From IMG/VR virus record IMGVR_UViG_3300040770_000140, positions 1-35,992 of that record: DNA of 35,992 nt; one strand, given 5' to 3'. The notes beneath the pieces were generated by a model. That model was not told the DNA's origin. It searched no databases and saw only the letters and a list, made by a program, of their open reading frames with translations. Positions within the stretch are counted from its first letter, which is position 1, and every line of letters begins with the position of its first letter. Source of the DNA: a virus. The position numbers and the translations under genes are program-made. Shown here one piece after another: positions 7,482 to 15,895 of this stretch.

Positions 7482-9160
7482 ACGAATTAAGCTATACAGA
7501 CAAAGAAATTGAAGACATAATAAACCGCGTTTACGGGGGTTCGGTTTCGCGCGACGTCTTGCCTGTCGAACTATATAACGACGTAAAGAACCGCTTGAAT
7601 AAGGCGGTTTTTGAAGGCTTCGGCGGTTCGTATGCTCAATTTGACACGTCAACGACTGAAGGCCTGATTATGGCCGGTTTTGAAAAGAATATAGCCGTAT
7701 TTTCAGGCGCGAAGACATTCCAGCAAGTTAACGATATGAGTAATATTCTTTATTCAGGGGTTAACGGTTCAAAGATTCCATTCAATGAATTTAAAGCACA
7801 CGCGAACGAAATATTCGACACTTATAACAATAATTGGCTAAAAACCGAATATAATACAGCTTTAAGCCAAGCGTCGGCCGGTCGTCAATGGTCAGACATA
7901 GAAGCGCAAAAGGACATTTTGCCATTAATAAAATATTTAACTGTAGGCGACGGCCGCGTTCGCGACAAACATATTCCATTGGACGGCGTCGTTTATCCTG
8001 TAGAACACCCGTTTTGGAACGAAAATTTTCCGGCTAACGATTGGAATTGCCGTTGCATTACTGAACAGCTTATGGAAGGCGAAGAACCGACGACAGACGA
8101 AAATAAAACTTTTCCTGAAAACCCTGAATTATTCAGAATGAACGCCGGAAAAGACAAGATTATTTTTCGCGAAGACGTACACCCTTATTTAAAAGTTTCG
8201 GAGCGTTACCAAGTAGCGCTTCAAAATAATTTCGACTTGCCTTTTGTTCCTGAAGTAAAAGTTAAGGTTCCACGGGCGCCACGGGTGCCAAAACTGCCAA
8301 AGGCGCCGAAGGTTCCGGCGGTTCCCGAAGCGGTTCCGGTCGTAGAACAGACAGCACAACAGGCCGCCGAAAGAATTAAAAACTTGCCGCTTGTCAAAGA
8401 AGCCGCGGCTTTAGACGTAGAACTTGCCGCTGGAAAAGAAGCCAGCGCGGCCGAATTACGCGCTATAAATTTAATTAACTACAGAACAGACCCGACGGAA
8501 TATAGTAGGCGCGTAAACGCTTGGAACGCTGACCTTCGCGCGCGTAAAAAATTAGTTTCAAGAAAAAAGTTGCTATTGAAAAAGGCCGAAACTGACATTA
8601 TTGACATTCTAAAAGTCGAAGACCATTTTGAAGAACTTAATTTCGTATCTTTAGCTAACTCGCTGGAAAAAAAGCCTAAGCTTATACAAACGCTCGACAA
8701 GTTTAAAACTTTCTTTTCGAAGAAATGGCAACCGGAGAACTTAAGCGTTAACATTTACGTTAAGCCGCGCGTTCGTGCCAATTTTATAGGCGGCCGCTAT
8801 AACCGCGTGACGCTTTCGCCTACGGACGGAACCGAAACAATACTTCACGAGTTAGGCCACTTTTTAGAACACGACAGGCCGGAACTTCATAGTCAAATAA
8901 TGGAGTTCTACAACAAGCGAACCGTCGGCGACAAGCTGGAACGCCTTCGCGACGTGACAGGAAATAAAGGCTACGAACTAAGAGAAATAACCAAAAAAGA
9001 CAATTTCGTTGACCCTTATATTGGTCGTTTTTATAACGAAGCCGGAGCGTCTGAAGTCTTGACTATGTGGTTTACTGAAGTATTCAACAATCCTACGCGA
9101 TTAATGAACAAGGACTTCGAATATTTTGAATTTATTTATAAACTTTTAAGACAGAAATAA
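7478..9160 (+). CDS. MuF-like minor head protein fused to a Pro/Lys-rich linker and a C-terminal HExxH (putative Zn-metallopeptidase) domain
   Basis: Phage_Mu_F core DGRVRDKHIPLDG..HPFWNENFPANDWNCRC. Linker VPRAPRVPKLPKAPKVPAVPEAVP. HELGH encoded at 8846-8860. TTG start overlaps the portal stop (TTGA). Confidence 0.8.
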   Translation: MNELSYTDKEIEDIINRVYGGSVSRDVLPVELYNDVKNRLNKAVFEGFGGSYAQFDTSTTEGLIMAGFEKNIAVFSGAKTFQQVNDMSNILYSGVNGSKIPFNEFKAHANEIFDTYNNNWLKTEYNTALSQASAGRQWSDIEAQKDILPLIKYLTVGDGRVRDKHIPLDGVVYPVEHPFWNENFPANDWNCRCITEQLMEGEEPTTDENKTFPENPELFRMNAGKDKIIFREDVHPYLKVSERYQVALQNNFDLPFVPEVKVKVPRAPRVPKLPKAPKVPAVPEAVPVVEQTAQQAAERIKNLPLVKEAAALDVELAAGKEASAAELRAINLINYRTDPTEYSRRVNAWNADLRARKKLVSRKKLLLKKAETDIIDILKVEDHFEELNFVSLANSLEKKPKLIQTLDKFKTFFSKKWQPENLSVNIYVKPRVRANFIGGRYNRVTLSPTDGTETILHELGHFLEHDRPELHSQIMEFYNKRTVGDKLERLRDVTGNKGYELREITKKDNFVDPYIGRFYNEAGASEVLTMWFTEVFNNPTRLMNKDFEYFEFIYKLLRQK

Positions 9161-9387
9161 TGTTAACAGCAGTTAGAAAAGAAGACAGTCTTCGCGTTGT
9201 TATTGACGGCGCGACCATAATATTACCCGAACCGCTTTCATTCCTGAAGGCGGCCTTCGAAGACTTCGCGCCGCATACCAGCGAAGGCGAACCTGAAGCT
9301 TTATTTTATTACCAATTCGTCGAACCTTTAGGCTTTGTTTTAACGCAATACGCGCCGCCTGTAGACGACCCGAAAACAGTTTATTAA
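9160..9387 (+). CDS. Small acidic hypothetical protein, translationally coupled to the MuF fusion
   Basis: 75-aa ORF with a TAATG overlap on the upstream stop. Confidence 0.55.
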   Translation: MLTAVRKEDSLRVVIDGATIILPEPLSFLKAAFEDFAPHTSEGEPEALFYYQFVEPLGFVLTQYAPPVDDPKTVY

Positions 9388-9789
9388 ATGGCCTTTAACT
9401 TCCAAGCTAAAATTCAAGAATTACAGCGGACAAGACAGTATTTACCGATTTTAGTCGGGAACCAAGCCAAGAACCACTTTTTAAGGGGTTTCAGGAACGG
9501 CGGCTTTACGGACGCGACGCTTGAACCGTGGGCGGCAAGGAAAAAAGCTGACAAGAACCCAAAGCCGCGCGCTATTTTAGTCAAAACCGGCCATTTGCGC
9601 GGTTCAATTCGCGTGAAGGTGGCTACATTCCAAAAAATAGAAATAGGCGCTTACGGGATTCCTTACGCGGTTTATCATAACCAAGGCGTCGGCAAAATGC
9701 CAAAAAGAAAGTTTATAGGCGAAAGCAAGACCTTAAACCGGAATATAAGAGCGTTAATAAATAGAGAATTTATAAAAATATTAAGATGA
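9388..9789 (+). CDS. Virion morphogenesis protein (Mu gpG-like)
   Basis: ILVKTGHLRGSI..IGAYGIPYAVYHNQG..MPKRKFIG fits my memory of the PF05069 pattern. Position follows MuF, as in Mu. Confidence 0.55.
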   Translation: MAFNFQAKIQELQRTRQYLPILVGNQAKNHFLRGFRNGGFTDATLEPWAARKKADKNPKPRAILVKTGHLRGSIRVKVATFQKIEIGAYGIPYAVYHNQGVGKMPKRKFIGESKTLNRNIRALINREFIKILR

Positions 9790-10289
9790 ACCCAAAACTT
9801 CAATTATTCGACGCGCTGGCCTTAATGGTAGCCGAAAAATTACCGGAAATTAAAACCTTCAGGCTGTTCAATAATCAATTCGAAAAAGAAGGCGTCGAAA
9901 AGGCCTTTGCTTTTCCGGCTGTCTTCGTTGAATTCGTTTCGACAGAATACACCAGCCAAAGCGAAAGCCGACAGCTTGGCGAAACTATGATTCGTTTTTA
10001 CTTGGGTTTTTCTTCATTAAAGACAGAAGACAGACGCGTTTTCGAGGTCGCTAATAACTTGAATTTTTGGCTTCAGAACTTCAGCGTCGAAAACTTAACG
10101 ACGCCGCTAGACCGCAAGCGCGAAGTTCAGGACGTGAACCACGACAGCGTAATAGTTTGGCAAATGGAATATAGTACTTTGATTGTCGACAATACGGCGA
10201 ACAGAAGAAACAAACAAACGCTTCTAACGTTCGTACCGGAACTAGAAATTAAGACCGAACCCGAAGGTTATTTTTTAAAGCCTTCATAG
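9786..10289 (+). CDS. Hypothetical structural (head completion/neck) protein
   Basis: 167-aa ORF with an ATGA overlap on the upstream gene. Call is positional only. Confidence 0.45.
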   Translation: MNPKLQLFDALALMVAEKLPEIKTFRLFNNQFEKEGVEKAFAFPAVFVEFVSTEYTSQSESRQLGETMIRFYLGFSSLKTEDRRVFEVANNLNFWLQNFSVENLTTPLDRKREVQDVNHDSVIVWQMEYSTLIVDNTANRRNKQTLLTFVPELEIKTEPEGYFLKPS

Positions 10290-10297
10290 TAGAACAC

Positions 10298-10331
10298 AAA
10301 AAAAAACGCCTTCAATTAAGAGGGCGTTTTT
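10298..10331. terminator. Bidirectional intrinsic terminator between convergent genes
   Basis: A-run, stem AAAAACGCCTTC / GAGGGCGTTTTT, loop AATTAA, then T-run. Confidence 0.7.
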
Positions 10332-10385
10332 CGGTCAATGAACAACTAAATCAACAACAAAATAAGGAGAACACCAAATATAGTA

Positions 10386-10895
10386 TTATTTAACTACTTT
10401 CAAAGATTTTTCTTTCAATAATTTTTCGTTCGTTAAAGCTTCTAAATTTACGGCGTCGGCTTCTTTTGCTTCGGCGGCTTTTTGGTCAAAATTACGTTCG
10501 CCGTATTTCTTTAAATAGTCATTATGTGACTTAATTTCGCCGGCTGTCTTGGTTTCTAGCGTAAACCCGTTAGGTTTCCATTTTACTTTTAAAATGACCC
10601 AACCGTTAACGCTATAAACTTGGCTTTTAAAACGGGCGTCGCGCTTTGATTCCGTCGCGAATGATTGCATTCTTACGCGGCCGCTTAAAATGTCTTCAGG
10701 ATTGAAGCCGTTTCGCTTCAGTTCGCATTTTAAAGCGTGGTTAATGACCTTTAGGCCGTTTTGAACGAACGAAATAGCTTGCTGTTCTAGTGAAATGAGT
10801 TCGGCGTAATTCTTTTCGGCTTTGCGAAAATTTGAGACTTGAAACGCTGGCGCTATTCCGAAGCGCGCTAATAGTGAATTGATTGAATTTTTCAT
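10386..10895 (-). CDS. Hypothetical protein encoded on the reverse strand inside the head module
   Basis: The ORF track starts at TTG 10925. ATG 10895 (MKNSINSLLARF..) overlaps the stop of the upstream small ORF (ATGA). No motif recognised. Confidence 0.6.
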   Translation of the reverse strand: MKNSINSLLARFGIAPAFQVSNFRKAEKNYAELISLEQQAISFVQNGLKVINHALKCELKRNGFNPEDILSGRVRMQSFATESKRDARFKSQVYSVNGWVILKVKWKPNGFTLETKTAGEIKSHNDYLKKYGERNFDQKAAEAKEADAVNLEALTNEKLLKEKSLKVVK

Positions 10896-11062
10896 TCTTT
10901 TTTTTGTTTTGCGAAGTCTTTCCAAATTGTTTCTTCAGACAAAAAAAGGCGTTTGGCAAGGTCGCGAACGACGTCCGTAGTATTCAGGCTTTTATGTCGG
11001 CTGTTGACTTGCGTTTTAACGTACTTTTCGCGGTCTTCTAAGGTCTTTTGGTTCTTCTTCAT
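10892..11062 (-). CDS. Small putative helix-turn-helix protein (56 aa). It is not in the ORF track
   Basis: Hand translation: MKKNQKTLEDREKYVKTQVNSRHKSLNTTDVVRDLAKRLFLSEETIWKDFAKQKKE. The segment TTDVVRDLAKRLFLSEETIWKDF looks HTH-like. Confidence 0.45.
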   Translation of the reverse strand: MKKNQKTLEDREKYVKTQVNSRHKSLNTTDVVRDLAKRLFLSEETIWKDFAKQKKE

Positions 11063-11138
11063 TAGGTTATTACTGTAAAGACAAATTAAAAGCTTTAAAA
11101 CGAATAAAACAAGAATTTAATTACATTAATATTGTGAT

Positions 11139-12320
11139 ATGAAGCACAATTATATAAATAATTACGAACGCGGCTCGGATACGGCCGAAATGTTCATTTA
11201 CAAAGAAATTTCAGGCGAAGGCGTGAACGGCGCTCACTTCGCCGAAGAAATGCGTTGGCTTGCTTCTAACGGCGTTAAAACTATCGAAATTAAATTTAAT
11301 TCAGTAGGCGGCGACGTGATACACGCGCAAAGCATAGTTTCTGAAATAATCGACGCGCCGAAAAAAGGCGTTACGATTAAGGGGTTTTTAAATGGCCTTG
11401 GCGCTTCGTCAGCTGGCGTTATATGGCTTTCGATTGAAGAAAAGAACAGATACGCCAAAGATTACGCGCGTTTAATGATTCACGGCGTCAGCTTTAAAGA
11501 CGAACGAAACGCTTCAGAGAACGACCGCAATAGTTTAGCACAATTCAAAGCGACGTTAATACAGATTTTAACCAACAGAACCGGAAAAAAAGAACGCTTT
11601 TTTGAAGAACTTTTTTCAAACGATAAAGACAATTGGTTTACAACTGAAGAAATGGTAAAAGCTGGCCTTTTGGCGGCTGGTAACGTAGAAAATACAAGCG
11701 TTAAGATAAACGTAACACAAAGAGAACAAACGGCCGGCGTCGCGGTTGTTTATAATATGATAAATTCGACGGTAAACAGTATTAATAAAAACACGATTAA
11801 AATGAAAACAATTATCGCAAGGTTAAATTTGCAAGAAGGCGTTTCCGAAGAAGTGATTGACAAAGCCGTAGAAACTATCCAAAACAGTTTAGTGACAGCG
11901 TCGACGTTAGCCGGAAACCAAGCTTCGAAAATTGCTGAACTTGAAAACAAGATTTCAGAACAAAAAACGGCCTTAGACGAGGTAAACAAAACGGCGACTA
12001 TTGCGTTCGTCGAAAACTGTATTAAAGACGGTAAAATTGACCCTTCGAAAAAAGACGAAGTTATTGCTTCAGCTGAAAAAGACCTTCAAGGCTTCGTAAA
12101 TCTTATGTCAATGGTAAATGTTAAGTCGGTCGACATTCGTAACGCTTTCAAAGGCGACCAAGGCCAAGCGGCACCAGCTACAGAAACAAGAACTTTCAGA
12201 CAATTAGAACGCGAAGCGCCACAAGTGCTTAACGCTTTAAAATCGACTGACAAGCCGGCTTTCGTAGCGCTTTACAATGCAGAATACAAAACCAACAAAA
12301 CTGAAGCTGATTTTCAATAA
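11139..12320 (+). CDS. ClpP-like (S14/S49) prohead protease fused to a C-terminal coiled-coil scaffold domain
   Basis: FNSVGGDV..LNGLGASSAGVIWLS..RLMIHGVS give a Ser/His protease core. The C-terminal half is coiled-coil rich (ELENKISEQKTALDEVNK). Confidence 0.75.
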   Translation: MKHNYINNYERGSDTAEMFIYKEISGEGVNGAHFAEEMRWLASNGVKTIEIKFNSVGGDVIHAQSIVSEIIDAPKKGVTIKGFLNGLGASSAGVIWLSIEEKNRYAKDYARLMIHGVSFKDERNASENDRNSLAQFKATLIQILTNRTGKKERFFEELFSNDKDNWFTTEEMVKAGLLAAGNVENTSVKINVTQREQTAGVAVVYNMINSTVNSINKNTIKMKTIIARLNLQEGVSEEVIDKAVETIQNSLVTASTLAGNQASKIAELENKISEQKTALDEVNKTATIAFVENCIKDGKIDPSKKDEVIASAEKDLQGFVNLMSMVNVKSVDIRNAFKGDQGQAAPATETRTFRQLEREAPQVLNALKSTDKPAFVALYNAEYKTNKTEADFQ

Positions 12321-12354
12321 TTAGCCAAGGTAAAAACCTTTAAAATTAAATAAA

Positions 12355-13434
12355 ATGAAAAATAGAATTTCCCTTTTACGCGTTTCAATTAACTTGCTTT
12401 TAGCTTGTATTATTGGAATGGTTTTTAGTTCCGCTTTTGTCGGTGCTGGCGTTTTCCTTTTAGGAACAGGCGTGCAAATATTATTCAAGAAGTCGTTCAC
12501 GGCTGGAAGTTTAGCCTTCGCGCTACAAACTGAAGTTTGGGTTGCTGACATTCAAGAAAAACTTTACTACGGTAACGAATTCTTGTTTTTGGCTCAAGAC
12601 CATTCACAATTCATTGAGAACAAAACGGTTCACGTTCCCCAAGCTGGAAATTCGCCGAATGTAGTTAAGAACAGAGCCGCGGTAAATACTGACCCTATAC
12701 AAAGAACAGATTCCGAAATTACTTACGATTTAGATAACTATACTACTGACCCGATTTTAGTTAAAAGTATTGAAGACTTACAAGTTTCTTACGCGAAACG
12801 TCAGTCTGTTTTGTCTTCTCACATTGCGACATTAAGCGACACTATCGCTACGTCTACGCTTCAGAAATGGGCGGTTACTGTTTCAGCTACGCACGTATTG
12901 AGAACAACCGGAGCGAACACCGGAACGTTACCAAACGCGACAGCTACAGGAACACGTTTTAAAACGACAAAAGAAGACATTGCGCGCGCTTCGGCTAGAA
13001 TGGATTTAGACAAAGTACCTTCACAAGAAAGATACTTGGTTATGCCGGCGGCTATGTTCTACGACTTATTTACTGATAGCGATTTAGTTCGCTCACGTGC
13101 TACGGTTTCCGCTGATATGTTAGCGAAGGGCGTTATTGCTGAACTATTCGGCTTTAATATCATTAAACGCGGCGAGGTTGTAAAATATACGTCAGCTGGT
13201 ACGAATACGCTTATAGCTTCAGGAACGGCCGACGCGGCTACTGATTGCGCCGGTGCTGTTGGGTTTAGCCGTTTTATGACGTCTCAAGCTTTGGGCGCTA
13301 TTAGAGTTTATGCGAACGAAGGCGACGCGCAAAAATACGGAGACGTTTTTAGCGCTGAAGTGAACCACGGAGCGCACTATTTAAGAACGAATAACGTAGG
13401 GCGCGTTTCTATTGCTCAAGGCGCCGGAATTTAA
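12355..13434 (+). CDS. Major capsid protein. Start is ambiguous: ATG 12355 or GTG 12472
   Basis: Position lies after protease/scaffold and before a strong terminator. LQTEVWVADIQEKLY..PQAG resembles the N-terminus of Bacteroidota phage capsid proteins (from memory). Confidence 0.6.
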   Translation: MKNRISLLRVSINLLLACIIGMVFSSAFVGAGVFLLGTGVQILFKKSFTAGSLAFALQTEVWVADIQEKLYYGNEFLFLAQDHSQFIENKTVHVPQAGNSPNVVKNRAAVNTDPIQRTDSEITYDLDNYTTDPILVKSIEDLQVSYAKRQSVLSSHIATLSDTIATSTLQKWAVTVSATHVLRTTGANTGTLPNATATGTRFKTTKEDIARASARMDLDKVPSQERYLVMPAAMFYDLFTDSDLVRSRATVSADMLAKGVIAELFGFNIIKRGEVVKYTSAGTNTLIASGTADAATDCAGAVGFSRFMTSQALGAIRVYANEGDAQKYGDVFSAEVNHGAHYLRTNNVGRVSIAQGAGI

Positions 13435-13456
13435 TCCTAAGAGTAACAATATATTG

Positions 13457-13490
13457 AAAAAAGGCGACGAATGAACGTCGCCTTTTTTTT
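13457..13490 (+). terminator. Strong intrinsic terminator after the capsid gene
   Basis: A-run, stem ggcgacg (13463-13469) / cgtcgcc (13476-13482), then T8. Confidence 0.8.
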
Positions 13491-13514
13491 AACTTTTTTT
13501 AAAAAATATAAATT

Positions 13515-14690
13515 ATGAACGATGTAATTTTTAACCGTGGCGAAGGCGGTCTTGGTCGCGCTTTAGCTGGCGAAGACCACGTTAGCGGCCTTTTAGCCTA
13601 CTTATTAGCCGCTGACTTGCCAGCAAGTTTTTCTTCAGATTCTATAAAGGAAATTTATTCCATTGAAGAAGCCGAAGCGCTCGGAATAAACAACGAAACC
13701 GCGGCGCCTTCAGCTGTCAAAGCTTTGCATTACCAAATTAACGCTATTTTTGAAGCGAATAACCAAGCCGTTTTATACTTGGCTATCTATACAAGAACGG
13801 GAATAACAGCGCCGGACTATACGAAGGTTCTGAACGTTCAGCGCTTTGCTGAAGGTAAGATTCGCCAGCTTGGAGTTTTAGACGAAGAAGTTACTTTTGC
13901 CGGTTCTGTAGTGACTGTATTGCAAACGCAAGCCGACATTTTGGAAGCGGAACACAAGCCTTTGAGTATTGTTATAGCTGGTAAAATGTCAACTTTTGCA
14001 AATACTTCGACTTTGCCGGATTTACGCGCTTTAGACGCGAAAAACGTTTCTGTCGTTGTTGGTTCTGACGGTGCCGGTCTTGGTTCCAAAACTACAGCTT
14101 CAATTTTAGGCTTAACAATTGGGTTTTTATCGCTTGCAAAAGTGAACGAAAATGTCGGCTGGGTTGGGCGCTTTAATGTAGCGAAAAACGCTACGAACGA
14201 ATTCGACGTTCCGGCGCTTTCAACAGACGGAACCCTTTTAAAAACCTTGGCCGCTGGTGCTGTTCAGACTATAAGCGACAAAGGTTATATTTTTATCAAA
14301 AAGCACGTAGGAACAGCCGGAACGTATTTTAATGATACGCCAACAGCCACGGCCGTAACGTCGGACTACGCTTTTATTGAGAATAACAGAACGATAGACA
14401 AAGCTGTTCGAGTATGTAGAACGTTTCTTTTGCCAAGTATTAACGCGCCTTTGTACGTTGAGACAGACGGAAAACTTACCGAAGACACGATTGCAAGCTT
14501 CAGAAATGACGCGCGCCGCGGTCTTGAAACGATGCAAAAAGACGGCGAAATTTCAGCTTTTGAAGTGGTTATTAATCCAGCGCAAGACGTGCTAAGTTCG
14601 TCGAAAATCGTTCTTACATTAAAAATCATTCCTGTAGGAGTTGCAAGAAAAATCGAAGTAAATATTGGCTTTGCCGTTAAAATATCTTAA
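13515..14690 (+). CDS. Tail sheath protein (putative)
   Basis: 391 aa, first gene of the tail block. It is followed by tube, G/GT chaperone and tape measure. Baseplate spike and hub genes are present. Confidence 0.5.
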   Translation: MNDVIFNRGEGGLGRALAGEDHVSGLLAYLLAADLPASFSSDSIKEIYSIEEAEALGINNETAAPSAVKALHYQINAIFEANNQAVLYLAIYTRTGITAPDYTKVLNVQRFAEGKIRQLGVLDEEVTFAGSVVTVLQTQADILEAEHKPLSIVIAGKMSTFANTSTLPDLRALDAKNVSVVVGSDGAGLGSKTTASILGLTIGFLSLAKVNENVGWVGRFNVAKNATNEFDVPALSTDGTLLKTLAAGAVQTISDKGYIFIKKHVGTAGTYFNDTPTATAVTSDYAFIENNRTIDKAVRVCRTFLLPSINAPLYVETDGKLTEDTIASFRNDARRGLETMQKDGEISAFEVVINPAQDVLSSSKIVLTLKIIPVGVARKIEVNIGFAVKIS

Positions 14691-14692
14691 TT

Positions 14693-15112
14693 ATGAAAAA
14701 CATACCATTAATAAACGGACGCGCTTATTCTTTTGTCGACGTAGTCGTTAAAATTGCCGGCGTTGTAGCGCCTTCAGTAATGAAAATCGATTATACTGAA
14801 GACCAAGAAAAGAAAAACAATTTCGGAACCGGAGAACGTCCGACGTCACGCGGTAAAGGCAAAATCGAAGCGAAGGCTTCAATTGATTTATCAATGAACG
14901 ACGTCGAAGCAATTCGAGACGTAGCGCCTGACGGTTCGCTGTTAAATTTACCGCCTTTTGACATTGAAGTTCATTTTTTGAACGCTCAAAAAGTAGTAAC
15001 GCACGTAATTAAAAATTGCGAATTCGTGAACGACGGAGTTTCGGCCGGATTAGACGACCAAGACATTAAATTTTCATTTAATTTAATTCCGTCACATATC
15101 TTATATAGATAA
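14693..15112 (+). CDS. Tail tube protein (putative)
   Basis: 139 aa lying between sheath and chaperone. Call is positional. Confidence 0.5.
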   Translation: MKNIPLINGRAYSFVDVVVKIAGVVAPSVMKIDYTEDQEKKNNFGTGERPTSRGKGKIEAKASIDLSMNDVEAIRDVAPDGSLLNLPPFDIEVHFLNAQKVVTHVIKNCEFVNDGVSAGLDDQDIKFSFNLIPSHILYR

Positions 15113-15161
15113 AAAAATTGTCGTATTTTTAGCAAAAATTAACACTAAAAAGGCTAAAAAA

Positions 15162-15701
15162 ATGACTAAAGTTAGTACAAAAATAAGATACGAAATTGAG
15201 ATTGAAGGCGCGGTTGCAAAACTAGCGCCTTTGTCGTTTCACGTTGCTGAAGCTTGTCTTGGTTTTACGTTCCGACAATTCCCTAAAATGATAGCGGCCG
15301 GCGAAATTTTGATTAATTCGCTTTTCGTTTCCGGCGACAAAAAGTTTACAACAGACAAGAACAGCGCCTTTTTTACGCGCGCGTGCCTTGAAGCTTACAA
15401 AATTATTGAATTGCTATCTTACGAAATTGAAGGCGATGCAATAACAGTCGAAACCGAAGGCAAAAAATATACTTGCAAGCTTAAAAAAGACATTGATAGA
15501 AACGTTTTGGAAGACGCGCTTGGTCTTATACGACCGAACGGCGGTAACCCGTTCCCGTTGACAGCTGGAAAAATGATTCTTGAAAACTGTTGGCTGGAAG
15601 GCGACGAAGAAATTAAAACGAACCCTGAATTATTGGTTCCGGCCTGTTTGGCGTCTTACTATAGAATTGAAGCAAAAGAAACAAGCCTAAAAAAGCTTTA
15701 A
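15162..15701 (+). CDS. Tail assembly chaperone (G-like, zero-frame product)
   Basis: Lies directly upstream of the tape measure gene. It ends 6 nt after an in-phase slippery heptamer. Confidence 0.65.
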   Translation: MTKVSTKIRYEIEIEGAVAKLAPLSFHVAEACLGFTFRQFPKMIAAGEILINSLFVSGDKKFTTDKNSAFFTRACLEAYKIIELLSYEIEGDAITVETEGKKYTCKLKKDIDRNVLEDALGLIRPNGGNPFPLTAGKMILENCWLEGDEEIKTNPELLVPACLASYYRIEAKETSLKKL

Positions 15702-15883
15702 GTCGTTTCGCGATTCCTGAACACGAAAACGACGACAGTTTTGAAGTCAGGAAAATAGGCGCTTTAATTCGGTACTACTTTAAAGAAGACCCGAACGCGT
15801 TAAACGACGAAGACTTTGCGAAGCGCTGGAATGACTTAAAATTTGCATTACATTTTGAAAGCCAAAGAAAATCTATTTTTTAA
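15162..15883 (+). CDS. Tail assembly chaperone, -1 frameshift product (GT-like)
   Basis: After a -1 slip at 15689-15695 the frame stays open for 62 further codons (..KKALSRFAIPEHENDDSFEVRK..FESQRKSIF) to TAA 15881-15883. That region otherwise has no ORF. Confidence 0.6.
15689..15695 (+). promoter_or_regulatory. Programmed -1 ribosomal frameshift slippery heptamer A_AAA_AAG
   Basis: In the zero frame the codons read CTA AAA AAG CTT TAA, so the heptamer is in the canonical X_XXY_YYZ phase. Confidence 0.65.
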
Positions 15884-15895
15884 TTATATTTTATT

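Noticed and set aside
11127-11134. TAATATTG as a -7 promoter box for the protease gene
   Set aside because: It has one mismatch to TAnnTTTG and ends only 4 nt before ATG 11139, which leaves no room for a transcription start and leader.
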